Shown here in pieces: positions 1 through 9,866 of a stretch of DNA of 62,667 nt. Numbering within the stretch: the first letter of the stretch is position 1; each line of letters begins with the position of its first letter. This DNA comes from a virus (lineage: Duplodnaviria > Caudoviricetes), in the IMG/VR virus record IMGVR_UViG_3300012942_000003, positions 1 to 62,667 of that record. One strand, given 5' to 3'. The position numbers and the translations under genes are program-made. The notes beneath the pieces were generated by a model. The model had not been told where the DNA came from, searched no databases, and worked only from the letters and a program-made list of their open reading frames with translations.

Positions 1-123
1 ATCATCTATGGACTCGGCAACATCACCAACGAGTTCCAGAGCGAGGATGGTGTTCGTGCCTATCGACAGTTCCTCCAGATCTGGCTGCACGACGAGGGGG
101 GTGATTACTCTCGGATCGACAAC
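1..123. repeat. Terminal direct overlap (copy 1), identical to 62545-62667; circular assembly junction
   Basis: The first 123 nt match the last 123 nt exactly, and the reading frame of the gene starting at 62401 continues across the join. Confidence 0.97.
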
Positions 124-291
124 GGTCTCGAGGTGGTCAAGACCCTCTTCGTGAACGCCCAGTCGGCGGACTGCGATCTTACCACGATCAACTGGCTCGA
201 GACCTCTCAGGAGTTCACCTCGGAGCAGTACAACACGATCTTCCGCTACCACCGATTCCAGGCGATCATCGCGAACGGGAGTAACCCCTGA
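1..291 (+). CDS. 3' part of putative tail terminator (gene begins at 62401 and wraps)
   Basis: Open frame IIYGLGN...QFLQIWLHDEGGDYSRID...TIFRYHRFQ ending TGA at 289-291; lies between neck genes and the major tail gene. Confidence 0.7.
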   Translation: MIYGLGNITNEFQSEDGVRAYRQFLQIWLHDEGGDYSRIDNGLEVVKTLFVNAQSADCDLTTINWLETSQEFTSEQYNTIFRYHRFQAIIANGSNP

Positions 292-587
292 TGCAGAACA
301 TTCACTACGTCGGCAAGTCCGACTTCCGTCACTTCTCTCGAGCTGACTTCGAGAAGGCCAAGGTGGAGCACGCCGGTCTCTCGTTCGCCAAGGGTCAGCC
401 GGCGGAGGTCTCCAACGAGCTCGCTGAAGCTCTCCTCAACCACTCGCTCTTCAAGGGAGAGTTCGAGCTGGTCAAGGAAGCCGACGAGGAGCCCTCGGGG
501 AGCAGCAACGACTCGGGAGAGACTCCCGAAGATGACGATTCCGACGTCGATGAGCTCGATGAGCTCGACGATGAGGGGCGCATCTAG
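291..587 (+). CDS. Hypothetical virion-module protein with acidic tail
   Basis: TGATG coupling to the upstream gene; typical codon usage. Confidence 0.75.
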   Translation: MQNIHYVGKSDFRHFSRADFEKAKVEHAGLSFAKGQPAEVSNELAEALLNHSLFKGEFELVKEADEEPSGSSNDSGETPEDDDSDVDELDELDDEGRI

Positions 588-692
588 AAGCTCTCTCAGA
601 GATTCAGGGAAGACTTCCTGATCGACGAGAAGAGCTGATCGCGCATCATTCGACCATCAATCATCCCCAATCGCTCAGAGAAGGCTTGAAGA

Positions 693-929
693 ATGAGCAC
701 CATCGACCTTCGATGTGAGGGGACTCTGCATGGTCGGCTGACCGATCAACGGTGGTTGGAGGTGAAGTGCAAGCGCCGGTCCTGCGGGCACCGGGCAGGC
801 ACGATCACTCTCCACACCATCGACATCGAAACGGGAGAAGTGGTCTCGACGAGAACTTTCGCCGAGCCAATCGACAAGGAGAAGAACAATGCCTCTCGAC
901 ACTCACGCGCTGCCCTTCGGGCTTCGTGA
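693..929 (+). CDS. Small Cys/His zinc-finger protein (Com-like)
   Basis: LRCEGTLHG...LEVKCKRRSC resembles the Mu Com-type zinc ribbon. Confidence 0.5.
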   Translation: MSTIDLRCEGTLHGRLTDQRWLEVKCKRRSCGHRAGTITLHTIDIETGEVVSTRTFAEPIDKEKNNASRHSRAALRAS

Positions 930-1449
930 CGTCAAGCTGTTCCCGATCGACCTCGCCGACTACAGCATCGGCGTCGGGGTGGATCTGCCCGTCGCTCAGA
1001 CGTTCAGCTTCAGCGACACCGAGGACTTCGAGACGCTGAAGGGCGACGACACGACCGTCGCCTCTCGGGGTCAGGGTCCCTCGGTGGAGTGGGAGCTGGA
1101 CTCGGGCGGCATTCCGTTCGAGGCCTACAAGATCATGGCGGGCGGTGCCATCTCGACGAGTGGTACCACTCCGAACCAGATCAAGACCTTCACCAAGATG
1201 GCGACCGACAGCCGGCCGTACTTCCAGGTCGAGGGTCAGGCCATCAGCGACAGTGGTGGCGACGTCCACTGCATCGTCTACCGCTGCATCGCCGACGACT
1301 CGCTGGAGGGTGAGTTCGGCAACGGGGCGTTCTTCGTGACCCAGGCCTCCGGCCACGGTTACGGCGACATCCTCGGCAACGCGCCCACGGGCAAGTTGTA
1401 CGAGTTCGTGCAGAATGAGACGGCTACCGCGATCGACATCGGAAGCTGA
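889..1449 (+). CDS. Major tail protein
   Basis: 186 aa, strong RBS (AAGGAG), optimal codons, upstream of the chaperone and tape measure; LPFGLRDVKL...ETLKGDD pattern. Confidence 0.85.
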   Translation: MPLDTHALPFGLRDVKLFPIDLADYSIGVGVDLPVAQTFSFSDTEDFETLKGDDTTVASRGQGPSVEWELDSGGIPFEAYKIMAGGAISTSGTTPNQIKTFTKMATDSRPYFQVEGQAISDSGGDVHCIVYRCIADDSLEGEFGNGAFFVTQASGHGYGDILGNAPTGKLYEFVQNETATAIDIGS

Positions 1450-1629
1450 TCGCCAGCTCGCGCAAGAAGCATCGAGTGAGTCAGGGTATATGCGGATCTT
1501 CGCGTCAACGGCTATTGCACCTTTAGGTGCAAGCAAGACGTGACGCGATAACGCGATACTCGACGACTCGCACGATCAAGAACAAAAACAAAGTAACAAC
1601 AAAAGAGACCCCCAGGAGGGCCGATCAAC

Positions 1630-2214
1630 ATGGGAACCAGCGGAAACCCCGCCAAGAAGGCGGCACAGAAGTCAGTCAGCTCCGTCGCTGACTTCAAGAA
1701 GCGTCGTGAGGGTCAGCTCCTCACTCTTCCTTCGGGAAACACGGTCCGAGCAGTTCACGCCGATGTCCGGGCGTTCATCGTGGACAAGGGAGAGATCCCG
1801 AACCCTCTCATGCCCATCGTCACCGAGGCCCTCAACAAGGGGCAGGCCAACCTCGACCCGAAGCTCCTTCTGGGTGACGACGGCAACCTCGACATGAACA
1901 TCATGGAGGGGATGATCGAGGTGATCGACCGCGTCATGGTCGAGTGCGTCATCGAGCCTCGCTGCTTCGCCGCGCCCACCCAGAAGGACCTGGAGGTGTG
2001 GAATCGGGAGAACCCCAAGAACCTGAAGTCCCACCCCGACGATCTCCGCGACGAGGACAAGCTCTACCCCGACGACCTGGACATCGAGGACCGCATGTTC
2101 ATCTTCGGCTGGTCCTCGGGAGGCACCGACGATGTCGCCACCTTTCGTGCGGAATCCGATGCGAACTTGGCTTCTCTGGGCCAAGTCGAAGGCGTTCGGG
2201 AGGCTGCCGAGTGA
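1630..2214 (+). CDS. Tail assembly chaperone (gpG-like)
   Basis: Between major tail and tape measure genes; AGGAGG RBS. Confidence 0.8.
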   Translation: MGTSGNPAKKAAQKSVSSVADFKKRREGQLLTLPSGNTVRAVHADVRAFIVDKGEIPNPLMPIVTEALNKGQANLDPKLLLGDDGNLDMNIMEGMIEVIDRVMVECVIEPRCFAAPTQKDLEVWNRENPKNLKSHPDDLRDEDKLYPDDLDIEDRMFIFGWSSGGTDDVATFRAESDANLASLGQVEGVREAAE

Positions 2215-2443
2215 AGTTCTGGGTATAGCTGAGCCCGGCAGTTACGAGGCTTACTGTCTCGACGAGGCGGTGTTTTACTTCGGCACCACCCTCGAGAGGA
2301 TGCTCGAGGAGTCTGGACACCGGTCCAGCAAGGAGGAGAAGAAGGCTCAGATGGCCCAGGAGAGAATCCTGGACCGCGTGATGGGTCGGGACAAGGACAC
2401 CAAGGGCAAGTTCGCAGACCCCGCAGTACTGTTTCAGAAGTGA
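2144..2443 (+). CDS. Tail assembly chaperone C-terminal extension (gpT-like), probably reached by +1 frameshift
   Basis: Overlapping +1 ORF (FVRNPMRTWLLW...PSEVLGI...YCLDEAV) entered at ACC TTT CGT (2140-2148). Confidence 0.7.
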   Translation, partial: FVRNPMRTWLLWAKSKAFGRLPSEVLGIAEPGSYEAYCLDEAVFYFGTTLERMLEESGHRSSKEEKKAQMAQERILDRVMGRDKDTKGKFADPAVLFQK

Positions 2444-2457
2444 GGAGGTGAGTCGGA

Positions 2458-5214
2458 GTGAGCATCGGACCATCCGAGGACACGATCCGCGGAACCATCA
2501 AGATCAATGTTCGTGAGGCAGTTCGAGCCTACGCTCAGGTTCGAGCCGCCAACCAGCGGACGTTGTACGCGCTTCGTGGCTCCTCCGACTCCTTCATCCG
2601 CAACGGCAGGAACATGGCCCTGGTCGGGGCCGGCATGCTCGCCGCTCTGGGCAAGATGGTCATCGCTGCGGGGCAGTTCGAGTCGAACATGACCTTCTTC
2701 AAGGCGATCACCAACGACAGCGAGAAGGCTGTAGATCGTCTTGGTCAGGCCGCGATCGACATGTCCAAGAACTCCATCTACTCCGCGGACGAGATCGCCG
2801 CGGGCTTCGTGGAGCTCGGCAAGGCGGGTCTCGACGCCAAGGACGTCATCGACGGTGTGGGACAGGGCATGGTCGATCTGGGCGCGGCCACCGACATCGG
2901 TCTCACTCAGTCCGGTCAGATCATCATCTCCACGATGGGTCAGTTCAAGAAGGGTGCGGAGGACACCACTCGAGTGGTGAACATCCTCACCGGCGCCGCG
3001 AACGCTTCCCAGGCCGACATCTCAGACATTGGTGTCGCCATGAAGTATGCAGGCTCGGTCGCTCGTGCCGCCGGCGCCAATCTTCAAGACACCGCCACCG
3101 CCATCGCCATTCTGGCCAACGATGGCATCCGAGGCTCCACCGCCGGCACCTCGCTTCGACAGATGCTTGTGTCGCTGCCTGGTGTCACGGGTCCCGCCCA
3201 GGATGCTCTTGAAGAACTGGGCATCATCACGAAGGATGGCACCAACCGCTTCTACGACATGCAGGGTTCGTTGAAGCCTCTCCCCGAGGTCTACCAGCTC
3301 CTGAGAACCTCCCTCGCAGGTTACAGTCGGATGCAGCAGTTGGTGTACCTCCGACAGATCTTCAACAACCGAGCAGTCACCGCGGCCATCGACCTCACCG
3401 ATGCCGGTGCCAAGGGCTTCAAGGAGATGTATGGGGAGATGTCTCGCGTCACCGCGGCAGACACTGCCTCTCGACGCCTCGACAACCTCTCCGGCGACAT
3501 CCTGAAGCTCAAGGCGAACATTCATGCTCTCGTTCTAGAGCAGGGTGGTCCCCTCCAAAACAGCATGCGTACTTGGGTTCAAAGGCTCACCAAGCTCATC
3601 CAGTGGTACGGAAAGCTCCCCGAGGGTGTTCAGAAGGCCATCATCCAGATCATCAGCTTCTCGGGTGCTGCTCTGGTCGCCATGGGCTCCATATCCTTCG
3701 TCATCGGGGTTGTGCTGAAGTTCCTCAAGAACGCCAAGGACATGGGCGCTGCTCTTCTGTTCCTTCGTCGACTGTTCTTCGGGGTCAGCGCAGCCACTGC
3801 CGCAGCTTCCGATGGGACACTCGCCGCCAGTGCCGGTCTCCTGGGAGCTATTCCGGTGGTAGGGTGGATCATCCTGGCCGTTGTGGCTCTCATCGCCATC
3901 CTGGTGGCTCTCTACGTCAAGCTCAAGGGCTTCCGTGAGTGGGTCAACAAGTACATCGTCGACCCCTCCATCGAGGCGGCCAAGTGGATCGCTCAGTTCT
4001 CGGTGGCTCTCTGGAACAAGATGGTGCCGGCCATCCAAGCTGCATGGAACTGGATGAAGAAACTGGGGGGCATCTTCGCCGACGGAGTGACGGACGTCAA
4101 GAACTTCATCACCAATGCCGTGAACTTCTTCAAGGGTCTGCCGGGTCAGGTGGGAGCTTTCTTCAGGAAGCTTCCTGGGCTCATCTGGGGCTTCTTGAAT
4201 CCCACACACCTGCTGCCCTTGCTGGCTCGGGGGTGGGCCAAGGTGGTTGGGTTCTTCATCAAGCTCCCCCTCGAGATCTTGAAGATCCTGCTCGAGGGGT
4301 TGGATCTGATGTGGAAGGCCATGGCCAAGATCCTGCCTCTGTTCGGCAAGGTGCTGGGCTTCATCATCGGCTTCGTCCTCGGATTCACCATTCGCCTGGT
4401 GTACCTGTTCCTCAAGGCCATGGTGAATCTGGGCATCGCGGTGGTGAAGGGTCTCGGCAATCTGCTAGTGTTCTTCATCAAGGGCATCGGCAAGATCATC
4501 TCGTGGCTTTGGAGAAACGCTCCCCGACTGGCCCAGGCCTTCCTCAGCGAGCTTCGAGCCCTGCCCGGCCAGGTGTGGAAGATCTTCACTCGAGTCGTCA
4601 GCTTCCTCATCAAGTCCATCCCCCGTCTGGCCAAGGCAGGACTTCAGCTTGCTCAGGGGATCACCAAGGCCATCTCTGAAGAGCTGGGCAAGCTCCCGAG
4701 TCAGATCTGGGGTCTGCTGGGTGACATCACCTCGCTCATCAAGGACATGGTCAAGCAGGCGTTCGACGCAGCTTGGGGCTGGGCCAAAGGACTCGCCAGT
4801 GGGTTCTGGAACGGCATCAAGAAGGGTCTCCACATTGGAGGCAGCGATCAGCCGGAGGATGACGGGGGCAATAGTGAGCCTCCCCCGGACATGCCCGAGT
4901 TGGGCTCTGCCATGGCTCAGGCTTACCAGCAGGCTCAGGACAAGATCAACCGAAACCAGTCTCTTCTTCGATCCAGTGCCAACCAGGCTCGAGCTGACCG
5001 AGCCAACCAAGCAGCGGGTCGTCTGGCGGCTCCTCAGGTTCAGGTCCAGGTCGCCCCGAAGAAGAACACGGGTCCCGGTCGAACTCGCCTGGTCAGTGGC
5101 CGACTCTCTCTCGATCGTTCCGGACGGGCGTTCATCCAGGGCGTCGCGCAGGATGACAGGGACGACGATCAGGACTATGATGTCACTGTGAACCGGATGA
5201 GGAGGCAGCCATGA
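2458..5214 (+). CDS. Tape measure protein
   Basis: 918 aa, Ala/Gly-rich; PhageMin_Tail-like GIRGSTAGTSLRQML; hydrophobic helical repeats. Confidence 0.93.
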   Translation: MSIGPSEDTIRGTIKINVREAVRAYAQVRAANQRTLYALRGSSDSFIRNGRNMALVGAGMLAALGKMVIAAGQFESNMTFFKAITNDSEKAVDRLGQAAIDMSKNSIYSADEIAAGFVELGKAGLDAKDVIDGVGQGMVDLGAATDIGLTQSGQIIISTMGQFKKGAEDTTRVVNILTGAANASQADISDIGVAMKYAGSVARAAGANLQDTATAIAILANDGIRGSTAGTSLRQMLVSLPGVTGPAQDALEELGIITKDGTNRFYDMQGSLKPLPEVYQLLRTSLAGYSRMQQLVYLRQIFNNRAVTAAIDLTDAGAKGFKEMYGEMSRVTAADTASRRLDNLSGDILKLKANIHALVLEQGGPLQNSMRTWVQRLTKLIQWYGKLPEGVQKAIIQIISFSGAALVAMGSISFVIGVVLKFLKNAKDMGAALLFLRRLFFGVSAATAAASDGTLAASAGLLGAIPVVGWIILAVVALIAILVALYVKLKGFREWVNKYIVDPSIEAAKWIAQFSVALWNKMVPAIQAAWNWMKKLGGIFADGVTDVKNFITNAVNFFKGLPGQVGAFFRKLPGLIWGFLNPTHLLPLLARGWAKVVGFFIKLPLEILKILLEGLDLMWKAMAKILPLFGKVLGFIIGFVLGFTIRLVYLFLKAMVNLGIAVVKGLGNLLVFFIKGIGKIISWLWRNAPRLAQAFLSELRALPGQVWKIFTRVVSFLIKSIPRLAKAGLQLAQGITKAISEELGKLPSQIWGLLGDITSLIKDMVKQAFDAAWGWAKGLASGFWNGIKKGLHIGGSDQPEDDGGNSEPPPDMPELGSAMAQAYQQAQDKINRNQSLLRSSANQARADRANQAAGRLAAPQVQVQVAPKKNTGPGRTRLVSGRLSLDRSGRAFIQGVAQDDRDDDQDYDVTVNRMRRQP

Positions 5215-7046
5215 GTGGCGCCATCGTGAAGAATGCCTGGGATGCCTTCACCTCCGAGCACACCCCGGCCAAGAACTACAGCAGCGCTCAGCACTTTCGA
5301 CTGAGGGCTCACAGCGGCAATCGGTTCTATGGGTGGATCTTCTTCACCAAGCCCTTCCCGCCTCACGTGACGATCCTGACTGCTCAGCTGGTGCTTCACA
5401 GTGCCGCTGACTACAGTGGCTCTGCCACCGTCACAGTACAGCGAATCTCGGAGAAGTTCGCTCATGGAAAGCTCAACTGGAACAACCAGCCCGCCGTCAC
5501 GGGGGGGACGGTGGCAGTCACCAAGAGCAATCCCCAGGACACCGATCAGTGGGTGTTTGACGTCACAACTCAGATGCAGACCGTGGCGAACGGCGCTGCC
5601 TGGTACGGTTTCCGAATCGTCAGCAACACAGACACTCTGCTTCAGCTCGCCGCCACTCAGGCTGTTCGAGCCAACCTGCGTCCCTACCTGCTCATCACCT
5701 GGTCGGATGCCCCCGACAAGCCAGAGAACCTTCAGCCTGCGGGAGCTCGAACGATCTCCATCAGCAAGCCGACGTTCAGCTTCGATTACAGTGATCCCGC
5801 CGGCGAGGACGCTCTTCAGTCCGTCGATCTTCAGGTGGCGACCTCTCCCAGCAACTTGACCTCTGGCACCTATGTTTGGGACCTCGAAGACTACCCGACC
5901 TCGGCCGCCTCCATCGACTCTGACGAGGCTGGATGGTCGGGGGGCACCTCGGGCAACACCTACTACTGGCGGATCCGAGCGACCGACGCCAGCGGTGCGA
6001 CTTCGGTGTGGAGTGACATCGCCTCCTTCACCATCGCTGCCAAGGGGAGTCTCAGCATCGAGGTAGATGGCGACACCAGCGGCATCAAGTGCGGTCAGCC
6101 TACGGTCTCATGGACCTTCACCGGTCAGACCCAACGTCACTATCAGGTGATTCTGAGCGAGGTGGGAGATGACAGGACGCCTCTTTGGGACAGTGGGAAG
6201 ATCACGTCGACGATCACTTCGATCACGATTCCCTGGGGCATCCTGACGAATCCCAGCCTGACTTACCGAGTTCGAGTTCGCATCTGGGATGATCTCACTC
6301 GACAGGGAACTCCCGGGGACCCGGTCTACAAGGAGGAGATCCTCGATCTCCCTGTGATCTGGGATAACACCGTGGCAGCTGTCACCGGTGTTCATGCCGT
6401 GCCCGATCCCGTCTACCCCACCTCTCGAGTTACCTGGACCTATACTGCGGGAGGGGCCGACTACTTCCAGATTCTCTGGTCCGACGATGGAACGGCCTGG
6501 TACTATGGGGATCAGTGGGACCCCGACGACGCAGTCATCTCGGGTTCCAGCTACGGAGTGGATGACGCCAGCGCCAGCCCCAACGTCACTCACTACTGGA
6601 AGATCGTGCCGGTGGTGGATGGCGTTCAGGGCAGCTTGACCTCGGCTCTCACCGCCACGGGGCTTCTCCGCAGGATCGCTCCCATGCTGATGTCTCCCGA
6701 TCGCAGCGGTCTGGTTCTTCTTCTCAATCCTGATGGTTCTCGTCAGCGGAACGCCATCCAGGATCTGATCCCAGTTCTCTCGGGACCCTCGGTGCTGGTC
6801 TCTCAGTTCATCGGCAGCGACTCTGGTCACGCCAGCGGAGTCCTGGCCGACAACGTGCTGGTGAATCACACCGCCAAGGATCAGCTGGAGGCGTACAAGT
6901 CCTGGATCAAGAATCCCGGACAGAAGCTCAAGTTCTTCAAGGCGAACGAAGTTCTCAACGTGGTCTGTTACAACATGGAGTGGGACTCTCACTCCGACAA
7001 CTCCGGCGTCTACTACTCGGTCGAGTTCGACTGGATCAAGCAATGA
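5211..7046 (+). CDS. Minor tail protein (carbohydrate-binding/FN3-like domains)
   Basis: Follows tape measure; LNWNNQP motif and TYYWRIRATD (FN3-like); beta-rich. Confidence 0.8.
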   Translation: MSGAIVKNAWDAFTSEHTPAKNYSSAQHFRLRAHSGNRFYGWIFFTKPFPPHVTILTAQLVLHSAADYSGSATVTVQRISEKFAHGKLNWNNQPAVTGGTVAVTKSNPQDTDQWVFDVTTQMQTVANGAAWYGFRIVSNTDTLLQLAATQAVRANLRPYLLITWSDAPDKPENLQPAGARTISISKPTFSFDYSDPAGEDALQSVDLQVATSPSNLTSGTYVWDLEDYPTSAASIDSDEAGWSGGTSGNTYYWRIRATDASGATSVWSDIASFTIAAKGSLSIEVDGDTSGIKCGQPTVSWTFTGQTQRHYQVILSEVGDDRTPLWDSGKITSTITSITIPWGILTNPSLTYRVRVRIWDDLTRQGTPGDPVYKEEILDLPVIWDNTVAAVTGVHAVPDPVYPTSRVTWTYTAGGADYFQILWSDDGTAWYYGDQWDPDDAVISGSSYGVDDASASPNVTHYWKIVPVVDGVQGSLTSALTATGLLRRIAPMLMSPDRSGLVLLLNPDGSRQRNAIQDLIPVLSGPSVLVSQFIGSDSGHASGVLADNVLVNHTAKDQLEAYKSWIKNPGQKLKFFKANEVLNVVCYNMEWDSHSDNSGVYYSVEFDWIKQ

Positions 7047-8212
7047 TCGACATCGGCATGACCTCAGCGGAGAACGCTCGCCTCGATCGTCTTCTGGCCG
7101 CTCCACACCAGATCAAGGTGGGAGTGCACGTGATGAGTCTGGATGGCGACTACAAGCAGGATCTGTCCTACGCTCTCCAGGCCGGGCAGGTCACGGTGGA
7201 TGCCACGGCCGACGTGTCTCGCTCTCTTGACATCAGCTTCACCGATCCGCTCAAGCGAATCCAGCTGGATCCGGATGACCCCAGCAAGCAGTCGGTGTTC
7301 ATTGCCGACATGCTGAAGGTGGTATACCATGTCATCGACCCGAACTCCGACGATCGCTTCACCATCCCTATCTTCAAGGGGCCCATCGACACGGTGGTTC
7401 GCTCCGACACCACCATTCAGGTCACGGCTCAGGGCAAGGAGTCTCTCTCCCTCAACAACGCATACATGGGTCGCACCTTCAAGGCGGGTCAGTACAAGAC
7501 CGACGTCATCCAGCACATCCTCGCTGACCTGTGTGGAGAGACCCAGCTCGAGATTCCCGATCTGACCTTCAAACTTCCCAACGACCTCAAGATCACTCAC
7601 AACTCGATCCCCTGGAAGGTGGCCAAGCGTCTGGCCAGCTCCATGGGTCGTCAGCTGTTCTACGATGGTCGGGGAGTCTGCCGGATGAGAGACTCTAGTG
7701 GAGCCAAGAACAAGCCGGTGTTCACGATCAACGATCGTTGGATCACGGCAGAGCCCCCTCAGATCTCTTACGACATGACGACGGTGCTCAACACGGTGAT
7801 CGTCAAGGGCGCCAAGCCCAAGAAGGCCAAGACCAACGTGACCTACACGGCAGTAGCTCCCAAGGATCACCCTCTAAGTCCCTGGCGCCTGGGTCGAGGA
7901 GGAGTTCCCCGATACATCTTCACGGTGATTGAGAACAGCGCTCTGAGGTCGGTCGAGGAGTGCCGCAAGGTTGCGGAGGAGCGACTGAACAAGCACCTTC
8001 GAGCCGGCATCTCGGTGCAATGGAACGGGCTCATCCATCCTCGACTCGAGCCGGAGGACCTGGTTCACATCAACACGGACACTGTGAACGCCACGATCGC
8101 CCTGGACCAGTTCACCATCCCTCTGACCGTCACTCCCGCCACCTTCGGGTATCTGAAGAGGGTTCGACCGAGGGGTGGAGTTCCTCCCATCCGAGTCAAG
8201 AGAACGAGGTAG
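7043..8212 (+). CDS. Minor tail protein (baseplate hub-like)
   Basis: ATGA overlap; GQVTVDATADVSRSL, LFYDGRG and HPRLEPED motifs typical of actinophage hub proteins. Confidence 0.78.
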   Translation: MIDIGMTSAENARLDRLLAAPHQIKVGVHVMSLDGDYKQDLSYALQAGQVTVDATADVSRSLDISFTDPLKRIQLDPDDPSKQSVFIADMLKVVYHVIDPNSDDRFTIPIFKGPIDTVVRSDTTIQVTAQGKESLSLNNAYMGRTFKAGQYKTDVIQHILADLCGETQLEIPDLTFKLPNDLKITHNSIPWKVAKRLASSMGRQLFYDGRGVCRMRDSSGAKNKPVFTINDRWITAEPPQISYDMTTVLNTVIVKGAKPKKAKTNVTYTAVAPKDHPLSPWRLGRGGVPRYIFTVIENSALRSVEECRKVAEERLNKHLRAGISVQWNGLIHPRLEPEDLVHINTDTVNATIALDQFTIPLTVTPATFGYLKRVRPRGGVPPIRVKRTR

Positions 8213-8214
8213 AC

Positions 8215-9765
8215 ATGACCACCATGGTCGGCCGACTCTCGTCGGTCTTCACGATCTCCGTGGGTGGGAACTTGGTCGAGAGTGCCAACATCGGAGACAC
8301 AGTTCTGTACCTCGACGATGTATACGACTTCAACGAGTCGGGGGGGTACTTCACTCTGGACGATGGGGCCACCCAGATCCAGTACGATTCGGTGGACCCT
8401 GACTCCGACACCATGGCTCTCACTGATCCCCTCACTGATGCTCTGGACATTACGGATGACGAGGTCTATGTCGCCGTGTATCCTCTCAGCTATGTCAAGA
8501 AGGGAACCGTCGAGTTCGACGACGATGACGAGGGAGTCACTGCTCGAGTTCCTCTCGTTCTTATGGGCTATCTTGACGAGGGAGTTCGAGATCCCTTCAC
8601 CGAGGAGCAGGTGCTGGTCAGTGATGCCTCGGGTGAGTGGGAGATCATCCAGGTAGATGACTACATCCTTCAGTCCCCCGAGTCAGTGGGGGGTGATGGC
8701 AACACCATTGGAGCTCAGCTTGACTACCTCAACAACACGGTGATTCCGTTCATCAACTCTCAGATCAGCTATCTCAACGACACCGCTCTGCCGGGTCTGG
8801 CGTCTGATCTGGCCGACGCCAACGCGGCCATCTCTGGACTCAATGGGCTCTTCCCCATCACCGAGACCAGCATCTCCGACGGGGCGATCACCACCCCCAA
8901 GATGACCGCCAACAGCATCAACGGAGATCGGATCACCGCCAACACGATCAACGCCAACAAGATCGTGGCCAACTCCATCGGCGCCTCCCAGATCAGCGCG
9001 ACTTCGGTGTGGGCTGCCATCGTCACTGCGAACACTATTGTGGCAGACACAGTGGATGCTTCATGGGTCTACGCCGGCACCATCACCGGTAACCAGATCA
9101 ACGGCGGCACCATCACCGGCGTCACGATCCAGAGTAGTTCGGGTACTGCTAAGGTGGTCATCGCTCCCAACGCCTACTTGGGTTCTGACGCCATTGCCCT
9201 TTACGGTGCCAGCAGTGTCGCGGGTTATCTCTACACCGCTAATACTTCCAACCTGACGGTGGGAGCTGTCAGTAGCTTGAAGCTCTATGCCAACTCCGGC
9301 ATCGCTCTCCAAGGTAGCGATGTCACCATCAGTCCTGCGGTGGGAGGATCGGGGGGTAACCTTACTGTGACGGGGGATACTCACAGTGGGGATGTTTATG
9401 TCACCAACGTTCCCACCACCGGTTCGGCGGCCAACACCTACATGGGTCCAGCAGGTCGTCTGTTCACCTCCACCTCCAGCCGCAGGTTCAAGAAGAACAT
9501 CAAGAGCGCTGAGCTCGACCTCGCTCCCCTGATGAAGGTGCTCGTCAGAACCTTCAACCGCAAGGATGCCGAGGACAATGGTCATCCTGAGAATCATCTC
9601 TATCTCGGCTTGATTGCCGAGGAGCTTCACAAGCTGGGGCTCACCTGGTGGGTGGTCTACGACGTCAAGGGCAAGCCCTATTCGGTGGATTGGAACAATG
9701 TCGTAGCTTACCTCATTCGAGGTCATCAGGACCATGAGAAGCGACTGCAGAAGGCTGGGATCTGA
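8215..9765 (+). CDS. Tail fibre/spike with C-terminal intramolecular chaperone (peptidase S74-like)
   Basis: ITANTINANKIVANSI repeats; C-terminal SSRRFKKNI...GLIAEEL. Confidence 0.85.
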   Translation: MTTMVGRLSSVFTISVGGNLVESANIGDTVLYLDDVYDFNESGGYFTLDDGATQIQYDSVDPDSDTMALTDPLTDALDITDDEVYVAVYPLSYVKKGTVEFDDDDEGVTARVPLVLMGYLDEGVRDPFTEEQVLVSDASGEWEIIQVDDYILQSPESVGGDGNTIGAQLDYLNNTVIPFINSQISYLNDTALPGLASDLADANAAISGLNGLFPITETSISDGAITTPKMTANSINGDRITANTINANKIVANSIGASQISATSVWAAIVTANTIVADTVDASWVYAGTITGNQINGGTITGVTIQSSSGTAKVVIAPNAYLGSDAIALYGASSVAGYLYTANTSNLTVGAVSSLKLYANSGIALQGSDVTISPAVGGSGGNLTVTGDTHSGDVYVTNVPTTGSAANTYMGPAGRLFTSTSSRRFKKNIKSAELDLAPLMKVLVRTFNRKDAEDNGHPENHLYLGLIAEELHKLGLTWWVVYDVKGKPYSVDWNNVVAYLIRGHQDHEKRLQKAGI

Positions 9766-9781
9766 TCCCGGCCCAGTTTCA

Positions 9782-9811
9782 TTGACCCGACAGCAACCGA
9801 CCTCCTATGAT
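9782..9811 (+). promoter_or_regulatory. Sigma70/SigA-type promoter for the lysis cassette
   Basis: TTGACC-N18-TATGAT. Confidence 0.6.
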
Positions 9812-9866
9812 CTACCAAACAGGCGACTTGGAAGGAATGAGATGAGTTACTTGGTCAAGCGAGAGG

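Noticed and set aside
1-123. 123-bp terminal repeat as a biological direct terminal repeat
   Set aside because: It falls mid-gene with a continuous reading frame, which is typical of an assembler overlap on a circular contig
7960-8214. Upstream extensions of track ORFs (7960, 6980, 10691, 18031, 34372, 59651)
   Set aside because: They overlap real upstream genes; RBS and stop-start coupling support the later starts used above
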